NCBI GenBank assembly: GCA_016936435.1
Contig: JAFGXX010000001.1
Location: 1 to 54,071, forward strand
Source of the DNA: Bacteroidales bacterium
Lineage (GTDB): Bacteria > Bacteroidota > Bacteroidia > Bacteroidales > VadinHA17
Length of the DNA: 54,071 bases
Direction: 5' to 3'
The position numbers and the translations under genes are program-made. Under the pieces are notes generated by a model. It ran no database searches, was not told where the DNA came from, and was given only the letters and a program-made list of their open reading frames with translations. This document shows, piece by piece, positions 28,218-37,913 of this stretch. Numbering within the stretch: position 1 is the stretch's first letter; each line of letters begins with the position of its first letter.

Positions 28218-29000
28218 ATGGTTCTTGAAAAAAATGACCGGCTGATACTTCTGACTAACGACGACGGACTATATGCTGCAGGGCTGAGAACACTACTGGA
28301 AGTTATTGAAGAGTTCGGAAAGGTGGTAATGATCTCGACAATGGAAAGCCAGTCTGGCATGTCGCAGGCCCTTACGGTAAAAACACCACTCAGGGTGAAG
28401 CTGATTGAGGAAACTGAAACCAGGAAGGTGTATACCTGTAACGGGACACCTACCGATAGCGTAAAACTCGCTGTCAATCAGCTGCTTGAGAGAATGCCGG
28501 ATCTCGTCGTGTCAGGTATAAACCATGGAGCCAACGCATCCGTCAGCATCCTCTATTCAGGCACTATGGCGGCAGCACTTGAAGGTTGTCTATACGGGAT
28601 CACCTCGGTCGGGTTTTCTCTCAACAGCTTTTCTCCGGCTGCCGATTTCAGCGTATGCCGCGAGTATGTAAGGACGGTCATGAGGATACTGATAAATGAA
28701 AAACTGCCTCCGGGGGTTTGCCTGAATGTCAACATCCCCGCAACTACGGCCGAAGAGATAAAAGGGATAAGAGTCTGCCGTCAGTCGAAAGGAAACTGGA
28801 AAGAAGAGTTCGAAAAGAGGAAGGACCCCATGGGACGAACGTATTACTGGCTCACAGGATTTTTTCAGAACCATGAACCCGATTCGACAGATACCGACGA
28901 ATGGGCCCTTGCAAATAACTATGTGTCGGTTGTGCCCGTGACGGTCGACATGACAGCTCACTGGTACCTGAGTGAACTGAAAGACAAATTCAGCGAATGA
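28218..29000 (+). CDS. surE: 5'/3'-nucleotidase SurE
   Basis: ILLTNDDG, GTPTDSVK, VVSGINHGAN, YSGT, LNVNIP, YYWLTG. Confidence 0.96.
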   Translation: MVLEKNDRLILLTNDDGLYAAGLRTLLEVIEEFGKVVMISTMESQSGMSQALTVKTPLRVKLIEETETRKVYTCNGTPTDSVKLAVNQLLERMPDLVVSGINHGANASVSILYSGTMAAALEGCLYGITSVGFSLNSFSPAADFSVCREYVRTVMRILINEKLPPGVCLNVNIPATTAEEIKGIRVCRQSKGNWKEEFEKRKDPMGRTYYWLTGFFQNHEPDSTDTDEWALANNYVSVVPVTVDMTAHWYLSELKDKFSE

Positions 29001-29293
29001 TGACAGCTCAAAAATATGACAAAACCTTAACCGGCGTTCTGTCTGGTATAATTCTGCCTTTGACAGTGGCATTGTTTATTTTTATCTTCGCAAAGGAAGA
29101 CCCTTCTCCTGCACAGTGGCTGAAAAGGATTTCGCTTGCGGGCGTGTGGACGCATATTATCTCTCTTTGTGTATTTCCGAATGTCATCATCTTTTTCATT
29201 TTTAACCATTTCGACATGCTCAGAGCCTCCAGGGGAGTGCTTGGAATTACGATAGTATGGGCGGTTGTGGTTTTACTGGATAAGTTTGTCTGA
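28997..29293 (+). CDS. Small membrane protein of unknown function
   Basis: About three hydrophobic segments. Overlaps the surE stop and the lpxB start, suggesting translational coupling. Confidence 0.75.
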   Translation: MMTAQKYDKTLTGVLSGIILPLTVALFIFIFAKEDPSPAQWLKRISLAGVWTHIISLCVFPNVIIFFIFNHFDMLRASRGVLGITIVWAVVVLLDKFV

Positions 29294-30438
29294 TGAAATA
29301 TTTCATTATTGCCGGTGAACAATCGGGCGATCTGCACGGGTCAAATCTGATAAGGGAACTAATCAGATCCGACAATGATGCTGAAGTGGTCTGCTGGGGC
29401 GGCGATCTTATGGAAGCTGCCGGCGCCCGTCTTCTGATGCATTACCGCGATACTGCTTTCATGGGCTTCACCGCAGTAGTTAAAAGCATCAGGACAATCC
29501 GCCGTAATCTGAAATTGTGTAAAGAACAGATAATTGAACATAGCCCCGGTGTTATTATACTTATCGACTATCCGGGCTTCAACCTGAGGATAGCCGAATT
29601 TGCATCCTGTGAGGGATTGAAAGTCTTTTATTATATATCCCCTAAATTCTGGGCCTGGAATGAAGGCCGTGTGAGAAAGGTGAAAAAGTATGTCAGCAGA
29701 ATGTTCATCATTCTCCCTTTTGAAAAGGAATTCTATGAAAAACATGGCATCACGGTTGAATATCACGGTAATCCCCTTGTCGATGAGGTAGAAAAGCAAA
29801 GATCGGCGATGCCACAAGCTGCAGAGATTTTAAGTTCACTGCAGCTTGACACCAGGCCTGTTATCGCCCTGATGGCCGGAAGCCGGAAGCACGAAGTGGA
29901 GAAAATCCTGCCCGTGATGCTGAAAACAGTGAAACATTTTCCTGATCATCAGTTTGTTCTTGCAGGAGTCAAAAACATCTCCGACGGGATATACAACAGA
30001 ATACTAAAAGATTCTCCCGTCACTCTTATCAGGGAAAAGACCTATGAGATTCTTTCAATTGCCCGGGCGGCATTAGTAAAATCGGGGACATCGACACTTG
30101 AGGCAGCTCTTTTCGGTGTTCCCCAGGTTGTATGCTACAGGAACGATTTTCTGACTATGCTCCTCGGATGGTTTGTCATAAGGGTCAGGTATATTTCGCT
30201 GGTGAACCTGATCGTGAACAGGGAGGTTGTCAGGGAATTACTGCAATACAGTGTCACGGAAAAGAACCTTGTGAGTGAACTTAATTCTGTTCTGCCCGGA
30301 GGAACAAAAAGAAGGATGATACTTGAAGGTTACCTGGAACTAAAGGAAAAACTGGGGCCGGCAGGAGCCTCTTCCAGAATTGCAGGAGAGATGCTGAGGG
30401 AACTGAAAGGATACCCGGAGACTGAGAGAGGTGCATAA
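29293..30438 (+). CDS. lpxB: Lipid-A-disaccharide synthase
   Basis: IIAGEQSGDLHG, LIDYPGFN, YYISPKFWAW, ILPFE, GNPL, GSR..E, SGTSTLE, ISLVNLI. Confidence 0.96.
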   Translation: MKYFIIAGEQSGDLHGSNLIRELIRSDNDAEVVCWGGDLMEAAGARLLMHYRDTAFMGFTAVVKSIRTIRRNLKLCKEQIIEHSPGVIILIDYPGFNLRIAEFASCEGLKVFYYISPKFWAWNEGRVRKVKKYVSRMFIILPFEKEFYEKHGITVEYHGNPLVDEVEKQRSAMPQAAEILSSLQLDTRPVIALMAGSRKHEVEKILPVMLKTVKHFPDHQFVLAGVKNISDGIYNRILKDSPVTLIREKTYEILSIARAALVKSGTSTLEAALFGVPQVVCYRNDFLTMLLGWFVIRVRYISLVNLIVNREVVRELLQYSVTEKNLVSELNSVLPGGTKRRMILEGYLELKEKLGPAGASSRIAGEMLRELKGYPETERGA

Positions 30439-30442
30439 TAAT

Positions 30443-31600
30443 ATGATTATTAAGAGGATACTAATATTTTGCCTGGCTTGTACATTTTTCACTCCTCTTT
30501 CATCACAGGTTAAGGTGAGGGTTTTTTCCGATACCTCACCCTTATCGGCATTGTTAACCGTTGATGAAGGTGAATATCTGCTTGATGCGGGCTACGGTAA
30601 ATCTTCCAGGATCAGAAGGGGAGAACTCGTTTTTATCAGCCGGGCAGGAAACAGACTGGCTGTAAAGATCCATAACGGAAAAATATTTTTATGCGATTCT
30701 CTTTATCTCAGCGGAAGTGCTGATAATAGCCGTTTTTCACTTAGGGAGGGCGAAAATTCTGCCGGATGGAGGAGATACGACGGCGACCTGAAATGCATTC
30801 CGGACCTGGGGTCACTGTTGTTAATAAATATCTGTGATGCAGATTCATATATTTCCGGAGTGGTCATGGCTGAGGGAGGCCCGGGCAGGCATCCCGCGTA
30901 TCTCAAAACTCAGGCCGTAATTGCCCGTACTTACATGTACCGTCATATGAACAGGCATCTGAGCGACGGTTTCAATCTGTGTGACAACATACACTGCCAG
31001 GCTTTTAAAGGGATTACCACTGATCCCATTGTACAGGAGGCTTCAATTTCCACACGCAATGAGGTGATTGCAGGTCCGGATTCTGCCCTGATAATAGCAG
31101 CTTTTCATTCAAACTGTGGCGGAGAGACAGTGTGTGCCGGGGATGTGTGGCTCACCCCGCAGCCTTATCTTACCAGGATCACGGACCCCCACTGTCTGAA
31201 TTCACGGAACGCACTATGGCGTAAAAGCATTACACTGACAGACTGGATAAATTATCTTATAAAGTCGGGTTGTGACAAAAAAAACATCGTGTCAGGGTTG
31301 TTAAATTTTTCACAGAAAACCAGGTTAACTGATTATAAAGCAGGTGATTTCAGCATGCCTTTAAAACAGATACGCGATCATTTCGGACTTCGGTCCACAT
31401 TCTTTTCCGTGGCTGTTGAAGGGGATTCGGTTATTCTTAAGGGAAGAGGATACGGACATGGAGTGGGGCTTTGCCAGGAGGGAGCGATTGAGATGGCGCT
31501 CAAAGGTTTTTCCTACCGGCAGATAATCGGATTTTATTATCCCGGGGTGAAAATCCTTGGTATTAATGAAGCAAAGCCGGTTGAAAAACCGCCGCTTTAG
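30443..31600 (+). CDS. SpoIID/LytB-domain peptidoglycan lytic transglycosylase
   Basis: Signal peptide, YISGVVMAE, QAVIARTY, FNLCDNIHCQ, FHSNCGG, LRST.F, GRGYGHGVGLCQEGA, YYPG. Confidence 0.9.
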   Translation: MIIKRILIFCLACTFFTPLSSQVKVRVFSDTSPLSALLTVDEGEYLLDAGYGKSSRIRRGELVFISRAGNRLAVKIHNGKIFLCDSLYLSGSADNSRFSLREGENSAGWRRYDGDLKCIPDLGSLLLINICDADSYISGVVMAEGGPGRHPAYLKTQAVIARTYMYRHMNRHLSDGFNLCDNIHCQAFKGITTDPIVQEASISTRNEVIAGPDSALIIAAFHSNCGGETVCAGDVWLTPQPYLTRITDPHCLNSRNALWRKSITLTDWINYLIKSGCDKKNIVSGLLNFSQKTRLTDYKAGDFSMPLKQIRDHFGLRSTFFSVAVEGDSVILKGRGYGHGVGLCQEGAIEMALKGFSYRQIIGFYYPGVKILGINEAKPVEKPPL

Positions 31601-31657
31601 TTACCGTAGTTTTTTACGATGCCCTCACGGCATCTTTATTTCATAGAGTAATTTCAT

Positions 31658-31665
31658 TATTTTTG
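31658..31665 (+). promoter_or_regulatory. -7 box (TATTTTTG) for gldF
   Basis: Exact TAnnTTTG match about 17 nt upstream of the gldF ATG. Confidence 0.55.
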
Positions 31666-31681
31666 CCTCTGATCAAGGAGT

Positions 31682-32425
31682 ATGTTTGCGATATTTAAAA
31701 AAGAAATAAACGGGTTTTTCAGCAGCCTTACCGGCTATATAGTCATCATAGTCTTTCTGCTGGTCAACTCCCTGTTCATGTGGGTCTTTCCGGGCGAACT
31801 GAATGTTATCGACAACGGCTATGCCGGTCTCGACACCCTGTTCTTTCTTTCGCCCTGGGTTTTCCTCTTCCTTGTTCCGGCAGTGACAATGAAAATGATA
31901 GCAGAGGAGGAACGCCTGGGAACCATGGAGCTTCTTTTTTCTAAACCTGTAAGTGAACGGGAAATTATATGGGGTAAGTACCTTGCATCTGTCGCGCTGG
32001 TGCTTCTCTCACTGATACCCTGCCTTGTAAGTTATTTTTCAGTGTATGCCCTCGGTGAAACACCCGGAAACCTTGACAAAGGAGCTACATGGGGAGCTTT
32101 TACTGGGCTTTTTTTTCTGGCCGCCATTTATGCATCTGCAGGTATCCTGGCTTCATCGCTTACCGACAATCAGGTTGTAGCTTTTATACTTGCGGTATTG
32201 TTCTCCTTCTTTCTTTACATGGGATTCGATTCCGTAGCCGGACTGCCTTTTCTGAAGAAGGCTGATACCATCATAGTATCGTTAGGTATAAACGAGCACT
32301 ACAAATCGATAAGCAGGGGAGTGATCGATATAGGGGATGTTGTTTATTTCGTTGCCGTTTCGGTAATTTTTAATGAAGCTACACGGCTGGTCCTTGTGTC
32401 GCGAAAGTGGAAAAAAAGAGGATGA
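31682..32425 (+). CDS. gldF: Gliding-motility-associated ABC transporter permease GldF
   Basis: KKEINGFFSS..GY, GYAGL..LF.LSPW, PAVTM...AEE...GTMELL, SSLTDNQ, HYKSISRGVID. Confidence 0.9.
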   Translation: MFAIFKKEINGFFSSLTGYIVIIVFLLVNSLFMWVFPGELNVIDNGYAGLDTLFFLSPWVFLFLVPAVTMKMIAEEERLGTMELLFSKPVSEREIIWGKYLASVALVLLSLIPCLVSYFSVYALGETPGNLDKGATWGAFTGLFFLAAIYASAGILASSLTDNQVVAFILAVLFSFFLYMGFDSVAGLPFLKKADTIIVSLGINEHYKSISRGVIDIGDVVYFVAVSVIFNEATRLVLVSRKWKKRG

Positions 32426-34146
32426 TGGACATCAGAAGAACAGGTCATACAGGAAATCTAAAGGCCAGGAGCCGGGCAGGCTTCATCCTTATCTCGCTGA
32501 TTATGGTCATTGCCGCTTCGTTTTCCGGGCTTCTCCGTATACGTCTCGATCTTACTGAAGATAAGCGTTATACGCTCTCTGAACCAACCCGTGAGATATT
32601 GAAGGGAATTAACAATGACGTTTATATACAGGTTTTCCTGGACGGAGAGATGCCAGTTCCTCTTAAGCGGCTTAAAAGGTCGGTAAGGGATATGCTCGAG
32701 GAATTCAGGATAGCTTCGGGGAAGCATATAGGTTACGAGTTTATCAATCCGGCCGAGGCACCGGATGCCCGCACTAGGGAAGCTCAGTATGAGGAGCTTA
32801 TCAGCAAGGGACTGGGACCTGTCAATATTATGTCGGGCGATGAGGAAGGCGGATCGAGCCGTAAAATGATCTTTCCGGGGATGATCATTAATTACAACGG
32901 AATTGAAATGCCGCTGGATTTCCTCAAAAATAACCAGTCGGTATCCTATGAGCAGAATATCCTCCATTCGGTAGAAGGTCTTGAATATGAGATGATACAG
33001 ACCATTGCAACCATAACTTCAGATACTATCTACAGAATTGCCTTTATTGAAGGACACGGCGAATATGATGAACTGTATGTGGCCGACATAACCAGAAGCC
33101 TGGCAAAATACTTCACCATCGACAGGGGAAAAATAGGTGGAAGGACAGGGATAGCAGATCACTATGCAGCAGTGATAATAGCCGGTCCGGAAAACCAGTT
33201 CGATGAAGCCGACAAGCTTGTGATAGACCAGTATATAATGAAAGGAGGAAAGGTCTTATGGCTTCTGGAGGAAGTTAAGGTTAACGCCGATTCACTGGCT
33301 TACGGTGAAACCGTCGGACTATACCGGCCTCTGAATCTCGAAGATCAGTTGTTCAGGTATGGAGCCCGGATCAACCCCGAGGTGATTCAGGATCTGGAAT
33401 GTATGGTGATACCGCTTACCGTACTTACCGGACCTGAAAAGAAACAGATAGTACCGGCGCCCTGGCTTTACTATCCGCGCCTGATCCCTTCATCAGACCA
33501 TCCTCTTACCAGGAACCTTAACAGGGTGGCAGGGAAGTTCGTGAATACCATCGACACTGTCGGACTCGATCCTGCTGTGAGAAAGACCGTGCTGCTAACA
33601 AGCTCCGGATCCTCAAAAACCATCGGACCACCAATGCTGATAAGCCTCAGGGAAGCTGATATTATACCCGACGAAAAGGACTTCAACCGTGCAAACCTTA
33701 TTGTTGCCGTGTTGCTTGAGGGAATCTTTCCCTCGGCTTTCAGAAACAGGATGACAGGCAGTCTCGTTTCCGACAGCGCCTTCGTTTTAAAAGAGAAAAG
33801 TGTCCCCACAAAGATGATTGTTATTGCCGACGCTGACATAATAAGGAATGAAGTACATATTTCAGGAAATACCCCGGGTTTTTATCCTCTCGGGAAAGAC
33901 AGGTATACTGAGGAAATCCTGGGAAACAGGGATTTTCTGGTGAACTGTGTGAATTATCTTGTCGACGATAACGGACTTATGGAACTGCGGTCACGCGAAG
34001 TGAAAATGAGGCTTCTTGACAGGCAGAGATTAAAGGCTTCTGCCGGTATGTGGCAGTTGATAAATGTCGCAGGACCGGTAATTATAGTTCTCCTTTCAGG
34101 ACTAATATACAGCTATTTCAGAAAAAGACTATATGCAGGAAGTTGA
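32422..34146 (+). CDS. gldG: Gliding-motility-associated ABC transporter auxiliary component GldG
   Basis: RLDLTEDKRYTLS, LEYE, IAFIEGHGE, DQYIMKGGK, LFRYGARIN, GNRDFLVNCVNYL and a C-terminal transmembrane helix. Confidence 0.9.
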   Translation: MMDIRRTGHTGNLKARSRAGFILISLIMVIAASFSGLLRIRLDLTEDKRYTLSEPTREILKGINNDVYIQVFLDGEMPVPLKRLKRSVRDMLEEFRIASGKHIGYEFINPAEAPDARTREAQYEELISKGLGPVNIMSGDEEGGSSRKMIFPGMIINYNGIEMPLDFLKNNQSVSYEQNILHSVEGLEYEMIQTIATITSDTIYRIAFIEGHGEYDELYVADITRSLAKYFTIDRGKIGGRTGIADHYAAVIIAGPENQFDEADKLVIDQYIMKGGKVLWLLEEVKVNADSLAYGETVGLYRPLNLEDQLFRYGARINPEVIQDLECMVIPLTVLTGPEKKQIVPAPWLYYPRLIPSSDHPLTRNLNRVAGKFVNTIDTVGLDPAVRKTVLLTSSGSSKTIGPPMLISLREADIIPDEKDFNRANLIVAVLLEGIFPSAFRNRMTGSLVSDSAFVLKEKSVPTKMIVIADADIIRNEVHISGNTPGFYPLGKDRYTEEILGNRDFLVNCVNYLVDDNGLMELRSREVKMRLLDRQRLKASAGMWQLINVAGPVIIVLLSGLIYSYFRKRLYAGS

Positions 34147-35120
34147 TGATCAGGAATTTATATTTGAAGAATAGTCTGCTGGCATTTCTTCTGATACTCT
34201 CTGTAGCCGCGGTATTGCTCCTGAGGAACAGATCGCCTTTTGGCAGGGATCAGACTTCTTTTGCTGCAGAGCCTGCTGAAGGGATAACCCGTATCGAAAT
34301 ATCTTCCGGCGAAAAAAATCTGTTGCTCGAAAAGAAAGGGGAGAAGTGGCTTGTAAACGGCAAACACGAAGCCCGGAGCAGCGGGATTTCATTTATCGGA
34401 CATACAGTAACAGGGATAAGAATTAAATCACCGGTATCGCCAGGACTTTTCGAAGAGCTCATTTCAGAGCAGAAGACGGAACCGCTAAAAGTAAGGATAT
34501 ATGAAAACAGGAAACTTCTCAGCTCTTTCCTGGTATATAAAACAAATTCAAATATTTACGGTAATATCATGAAAATCAATGAAAGGTCTAAGCCTTTCAT
34601 TGTCCATCTTCCGGGATTTGAAGGTGACATCGGTTCGGTATTCTCTACCAGTGAGCTCTACTGGCTTCCTTTCACATTGTTCAGGCTTCTTCCGTCGGAG
34701 ATAGAGTCGGTAGAATTCGAAAATATTTCCGATCCTCAGTCTTCTTTCTCAATACAACGTCAGAATAATCTTTTCGTACTGTCAGGAGAGCTTAATTATG
34801 AGGCAGCATGGGATACATCGAGGGTGAGGAGATATATCTCCTATTTTACTCAGGTACCTTTTGAGAACTGGGCCTTTGATCTGGATGAAGAGGAAAGAAG
34901 AAAAATATTGAAAAGGGAGCCGATATGCAATATCAGCGTCAGAGAGACCACGGGAGCCAGGCTTAAGTTAACCCTGTGGGAAATGACAGATCAGGCAACA
35001 GGCTTAAATGACAGTGACAGGCTCTGGGGTAAAACTGACAATAGAGAAGAGCTTTTTATTCTTCGGTATTTCGATATTGATCCTCTTCTCAAGAAGATTT
35101 CCTATTTCTATCCGGAATAA
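34146..35120 (+). CDS. DUF4340-like membrane-anchored periplasmic protein
   Basis: N-terminal transmembrane anchor, LEKKGEKWLVNG, PFIVHLPGFEG. Usual position after gldG. ATG 34146 overlaps the gldG TGA. Confidence 0.65.
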   Translation: MIRNLYLKNSLLAFLLILSVAAVLLLRNRSPFGRDQTSFAAEPAEGITRIEISSGEKNLLLEKKGEKWLVNGKHEARSSGISFIGHTVTGIRIKSPVSPGLFEELISEQKTEPLKVRIYENRKLLSSFLVYKTNSNIYGNIMKINERSKPFIVHLPGFEGDIGSVFSTSELYWLPFTLFRLLPSEIESVEFENISDPQSSFSIQRQNNLFVLSGELNYEAAWDTSRVRRYISYFTQVPFENWAFDLDEEERRKILKREPICNISVRETTGARLKLTLWEMTDQATGLNDSDRLWGKTDNREELFILRYFDIDPLLKKISYFYPE

Positions 35121-35255
35121 TTTTATTTGAGAGATTATATTTTTTTTGTAATATTGATAATTGGGATTTCAGCCGGTTGTCTGGCTTAATGGTCTGAATA
35201 TTAATATATTAGATAATAAATTTAATAATACGACATAACTTAAACCGAAAGCGAT

Positions 35256-36386
35256 ATGAAATTTGTAGTCTCCAGCACTGAACTTCTTGGTCATTTGCAG
35301 GCAATCAGCAGGGTCATAAGTTCAAAGAATACGCTTCCCATTCTTGACAATTTTTTATTCAATCTTAGCGGCAACGATCTCGAGATAACAGCTTCAGATC
35401 TCGAGTCAACTCTTATTACCAGGATGAAACTGGAGAATATAGAAGGGGAGGGGACAATAGCTCTTCCGTCGAGGATATTGCTTGAAACGCTGAAGGAGTT
35501 TCCTGCTCAGCCGCTGACATTTGACATAAATCCCGACACGCTCGCTGTAGTCATAATATCAGAAAACGGCCAGTTTAATGTAATGGGACAGAGCGGAGTT
35601 GATTTTCCGGCCCTGCCAACCATCAAAAAGGATAAAAAGTTTTCATTCACCATCAATGCCGAGGTGATGCTCGCTGGTATCTCAAGGACGCTCTTTGCAA
35701 CAGCCGACGATGAACTTCGGCCTGTTATGGGAGGTGTTTTCATTGAGGCATCGCCCGAAAAGATCACCTTTGTTGCTTCCGACGCTCATAAACTCGTAAG
35801 ATATCAGAGAAGCGATGCCAGTGCCGACGATAATGCATCATTTATCCTTCCAAAAAAGCCTGCTTCTCTCCTTAAGATTATCCTTCCCAGGGAAGAAGGA
35901 CCTTTTACGGTGGAATTCGACGATAAAAATGCATTTTTCAACCTGAATGATTACAGGGTCATCTGCCGTCTGGTGGAAGGAAATTATCCAAACTACAATT
36001 CAGTCATTCCTAAAAATAACCCCAGGAAGATTACTATCGACAGGGTCGAATTTTACAACACGCTGAGGAGGGTCTCGGTCTTTTCCAACCAGGCCAGCAA
36101 TCTTGTCAGGCTTCAGCTTAAAGGCAACCAGCTTACCGTATCGGCCCAGGATATTGATTTTTCGATATCTGCATACGAAAAAATCAAATGCCAGTACGAC
36201 GGCGATGAAATGGAAATAGGTTTCAAGTCGGTTTTCCTGCTCGAGATACTAGCAAACCTGACTTCTCAGGATGTTGTGATCGAGCTTGCCGATCCGACAA
36301 GAGCCGGTCTCTTCCTTCCTTCCGATACAGAGAGTGAGGCAGAAGACCTTCTGATGCTTCTGATGCCCATGATGATAAATGCATAG
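35256..36386 (+). CDS. dnaN: DNA polymerase III beta sliding clamp
   Basis: TLPILDNFL, ASDLE, DELRPVMGG, ASDAHKL, RLVEGNYPNY, LLMPM. Confidence 0.97.
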   Translation: MKFVVSSTELLGHLQAISRVISSKNTLPILDNFLFNLSGNDLEITASDLESTLITRMKLENIEGEGTIALPSRILLETLKEFPAQPLTFDINPDTLAVVIISENGQFNVMGQSGVDFPALPTIKKDKKFSFTINAEVMLAGISRTLFATADDELRPVMGGVFIEASPEKITFVASDAHKLVRYQRSDASADDNASFILPKKPASLLKIILPREEGPFTVEFDDKNAFFNLNDYRVICRLVEGNYPNYNSVIPKNNPRKITIDRVEFYNTLRRVSVFSNQASNLVRLQLKGNQLTVSAQDIDFSISAYEKIKCQYDGDEMEIGFKSVFLLEILANLTSQDVVIELADPTRAGLFLPSDTESEAEDLLMLLMPMMINA

Positions 36387-36389
36387 GTT

Positions 36390-37166
36390 TTGGAACTCCT
36401 GCTCAAACGTCCCCTCGTATTCCTCGACCTTGAAACGACAGGAATTAATATCACATCCGACCGTATTGTAGAGATCTCCCTCCTTAAAATATTACCGGGG
36501 GGAGAAGAAGAATGGCTTACAACACTTGTAAATCCGGGCATTTCTATCCCTGCCGCCTCAACAGCCGTGCATGGCATCTCCGATAAGGATGTGGCTGATG
36601 CACCTTCCTTTGGCGAAATTGCCGTTAAGCTCGAGGCTTTCATGGAAGGTTGTGACCTGGCCGGTTTCAATGCGATCAAATTTGACATACCGCTTCTGGC
36701 AGAGGAATTTCTGAGAGTTGAAAGCGATTTCAATTTCCGGAAAAGGAAATATGTTGATGTTCAGGTTATTTTTCATAAAAAGGAACAGAGAACCCTTTCG
36801 GCAGCCTACAGGTTTTACTGCAGGAAGGAGCTCACTGACGCTCACACTGCAGAAGCTGATACTCTGGCAACTTACGAGGTGCTGAAGTCGCAGCTGGACA
36901 TGTATCCTGACCTGGAGAATGACGTGGAAAAACTTGCAGAGTTCAGTTCTTTCAATGAGATCGTCGATTTCGCAGGCAGGATCATTATGAATGACAAGGG
37001 TGTGGAAACTTTCAATTTCGGAAAATACAAAGGCCGGAGTGTCGGGAGTGTCTTCCGCGACGACCCTTCCTATTATTCATGGATAATGAACGGAGACTTT
37101 CCTCTATACACGAAAAGAGTGCTCACAGAGCTGAGACTTAAAACTTTCGGCAACAGAAAGGAATGA
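36390..37166 (+). CDS. DEDDh 3'-5' exonuclease (DnaQ-like)
   Basis: ExoI FLDLETTG, ExoII AGFN..KFD, ExoIII AHTAEAD, C-terminal FGKYKG module. TTG start. Confidence 0.92.
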   Translation: MELLLKRPLVFLDLETTGINITSDRIVEISLLKILPGGEEEWLTTLVNPGISIPAASTAVHGISDKDVADAPSFGEIAVKLEAFMEGCDLAGFNAIKFDIPLLAEEFLRVESDFNFRKRKYVDVQVIFHKKEQRTLSAAYRFYCRKELTDAHTAEADTLATYEVLKSQLDMYPDLENDVEKLAEFSSFNEIVDFAGRIIMNDKGVETFNFGKYKGRSVGSVFRDDPSYYSWIMNGDFPLYTKRVLTELRLKTFGNRKE

Positions 37167-37167
37167 T

Positions 37168-37779
37168 ATGAAGATTATTTGTGTCGGACTGAACTACAGA
37201 AAACACGCAATGGAAATGAGTCGGAGTCTTCCGCCTGAACCTGTCGTTTTCCTGAAGCCTGACTCTTCGATATTAAGAAACAATAAGCCATTTTTTCTGC
37301 CCGGATTTTCTTCAATGATACAGTATGAAGCTGAGATTGTTGTAAAGATAAACAGACTCGGCAAAGGCATAGATGTGAAATTTGCCCGGCGCTATTACGA
37401 TGAAATTACAATAGGAATAGACATAACGGCACGCGATATACAGAACCGTAATGCGGCCTCAGGTCTGCCATGGGAACTATCCAAGTGCTTTGACGGGGCA
37501 GCACCTTTGGGTAGTTTCATCCCCGTAACAGAAATACCCGATGTCGAAAATATTGATTTCTCACTCGAGAAAAACGGTGAGACAGTTCAGAAAGCCAGTA
37601 CCTCCGACATGATCTTCAGTATAGATCAGATAATATCTTATGTTTCAGGGTTTTTTACCCTCAAGACCGGCGATCTTATTTTTACAGGTACACCTGCAGG
37701 TGTGGGGCCTCTGAGCAGGAACGACCATCTTACAGGCCGCATCGGTGACCGGATACTTCTTGATATGATGATTAAATAA
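37168..37779 (+). CDS. Fumarylacetoacetate hydrolase family protein
   Basis: KIICVGLNY..H, FLKP, YEAE, DITARD, W..SK.FD, GDLIFTGTPAGVG. Confidence 0.93.
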   Translation: MKIICVGLNYRKHAMEMSRSLPPEPVVFLKPDSSILRNNKPFFLPGFSSMIQYEAEIVVKINRLGKGIDVKFARRYYDEITIGIDITARDIQNRNAASGLPWELSKCFDGAAPLGSFIPVTEIPDVENIDFSLEKNGETVQKASTSDMIFSIDQIISYVSGFFTLKTGDLIFTGTPAGVGPLSRNDHLTGRIGDRILLDMMIK

Positions 37780-37913
37780 CATCTATCCGTCAGCAAAAAT
37801 ATGAGTTAAAAAAACTTAATGATCTAATTTTCATGCATAGCATTGATGCTACGGATAATAATTTTATTAACTTACCTCGCCAAAGCGGATCTAACCTTTA
37901 ACCATTATAACCT

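Noticed and set aside
28130-28477. 116-aa N-terminal extension of PheT in the ORF track
   Set aside because: It is antisense to surE and crosses both promoter boxes. The canonical MKISYNWL start is at 28129.
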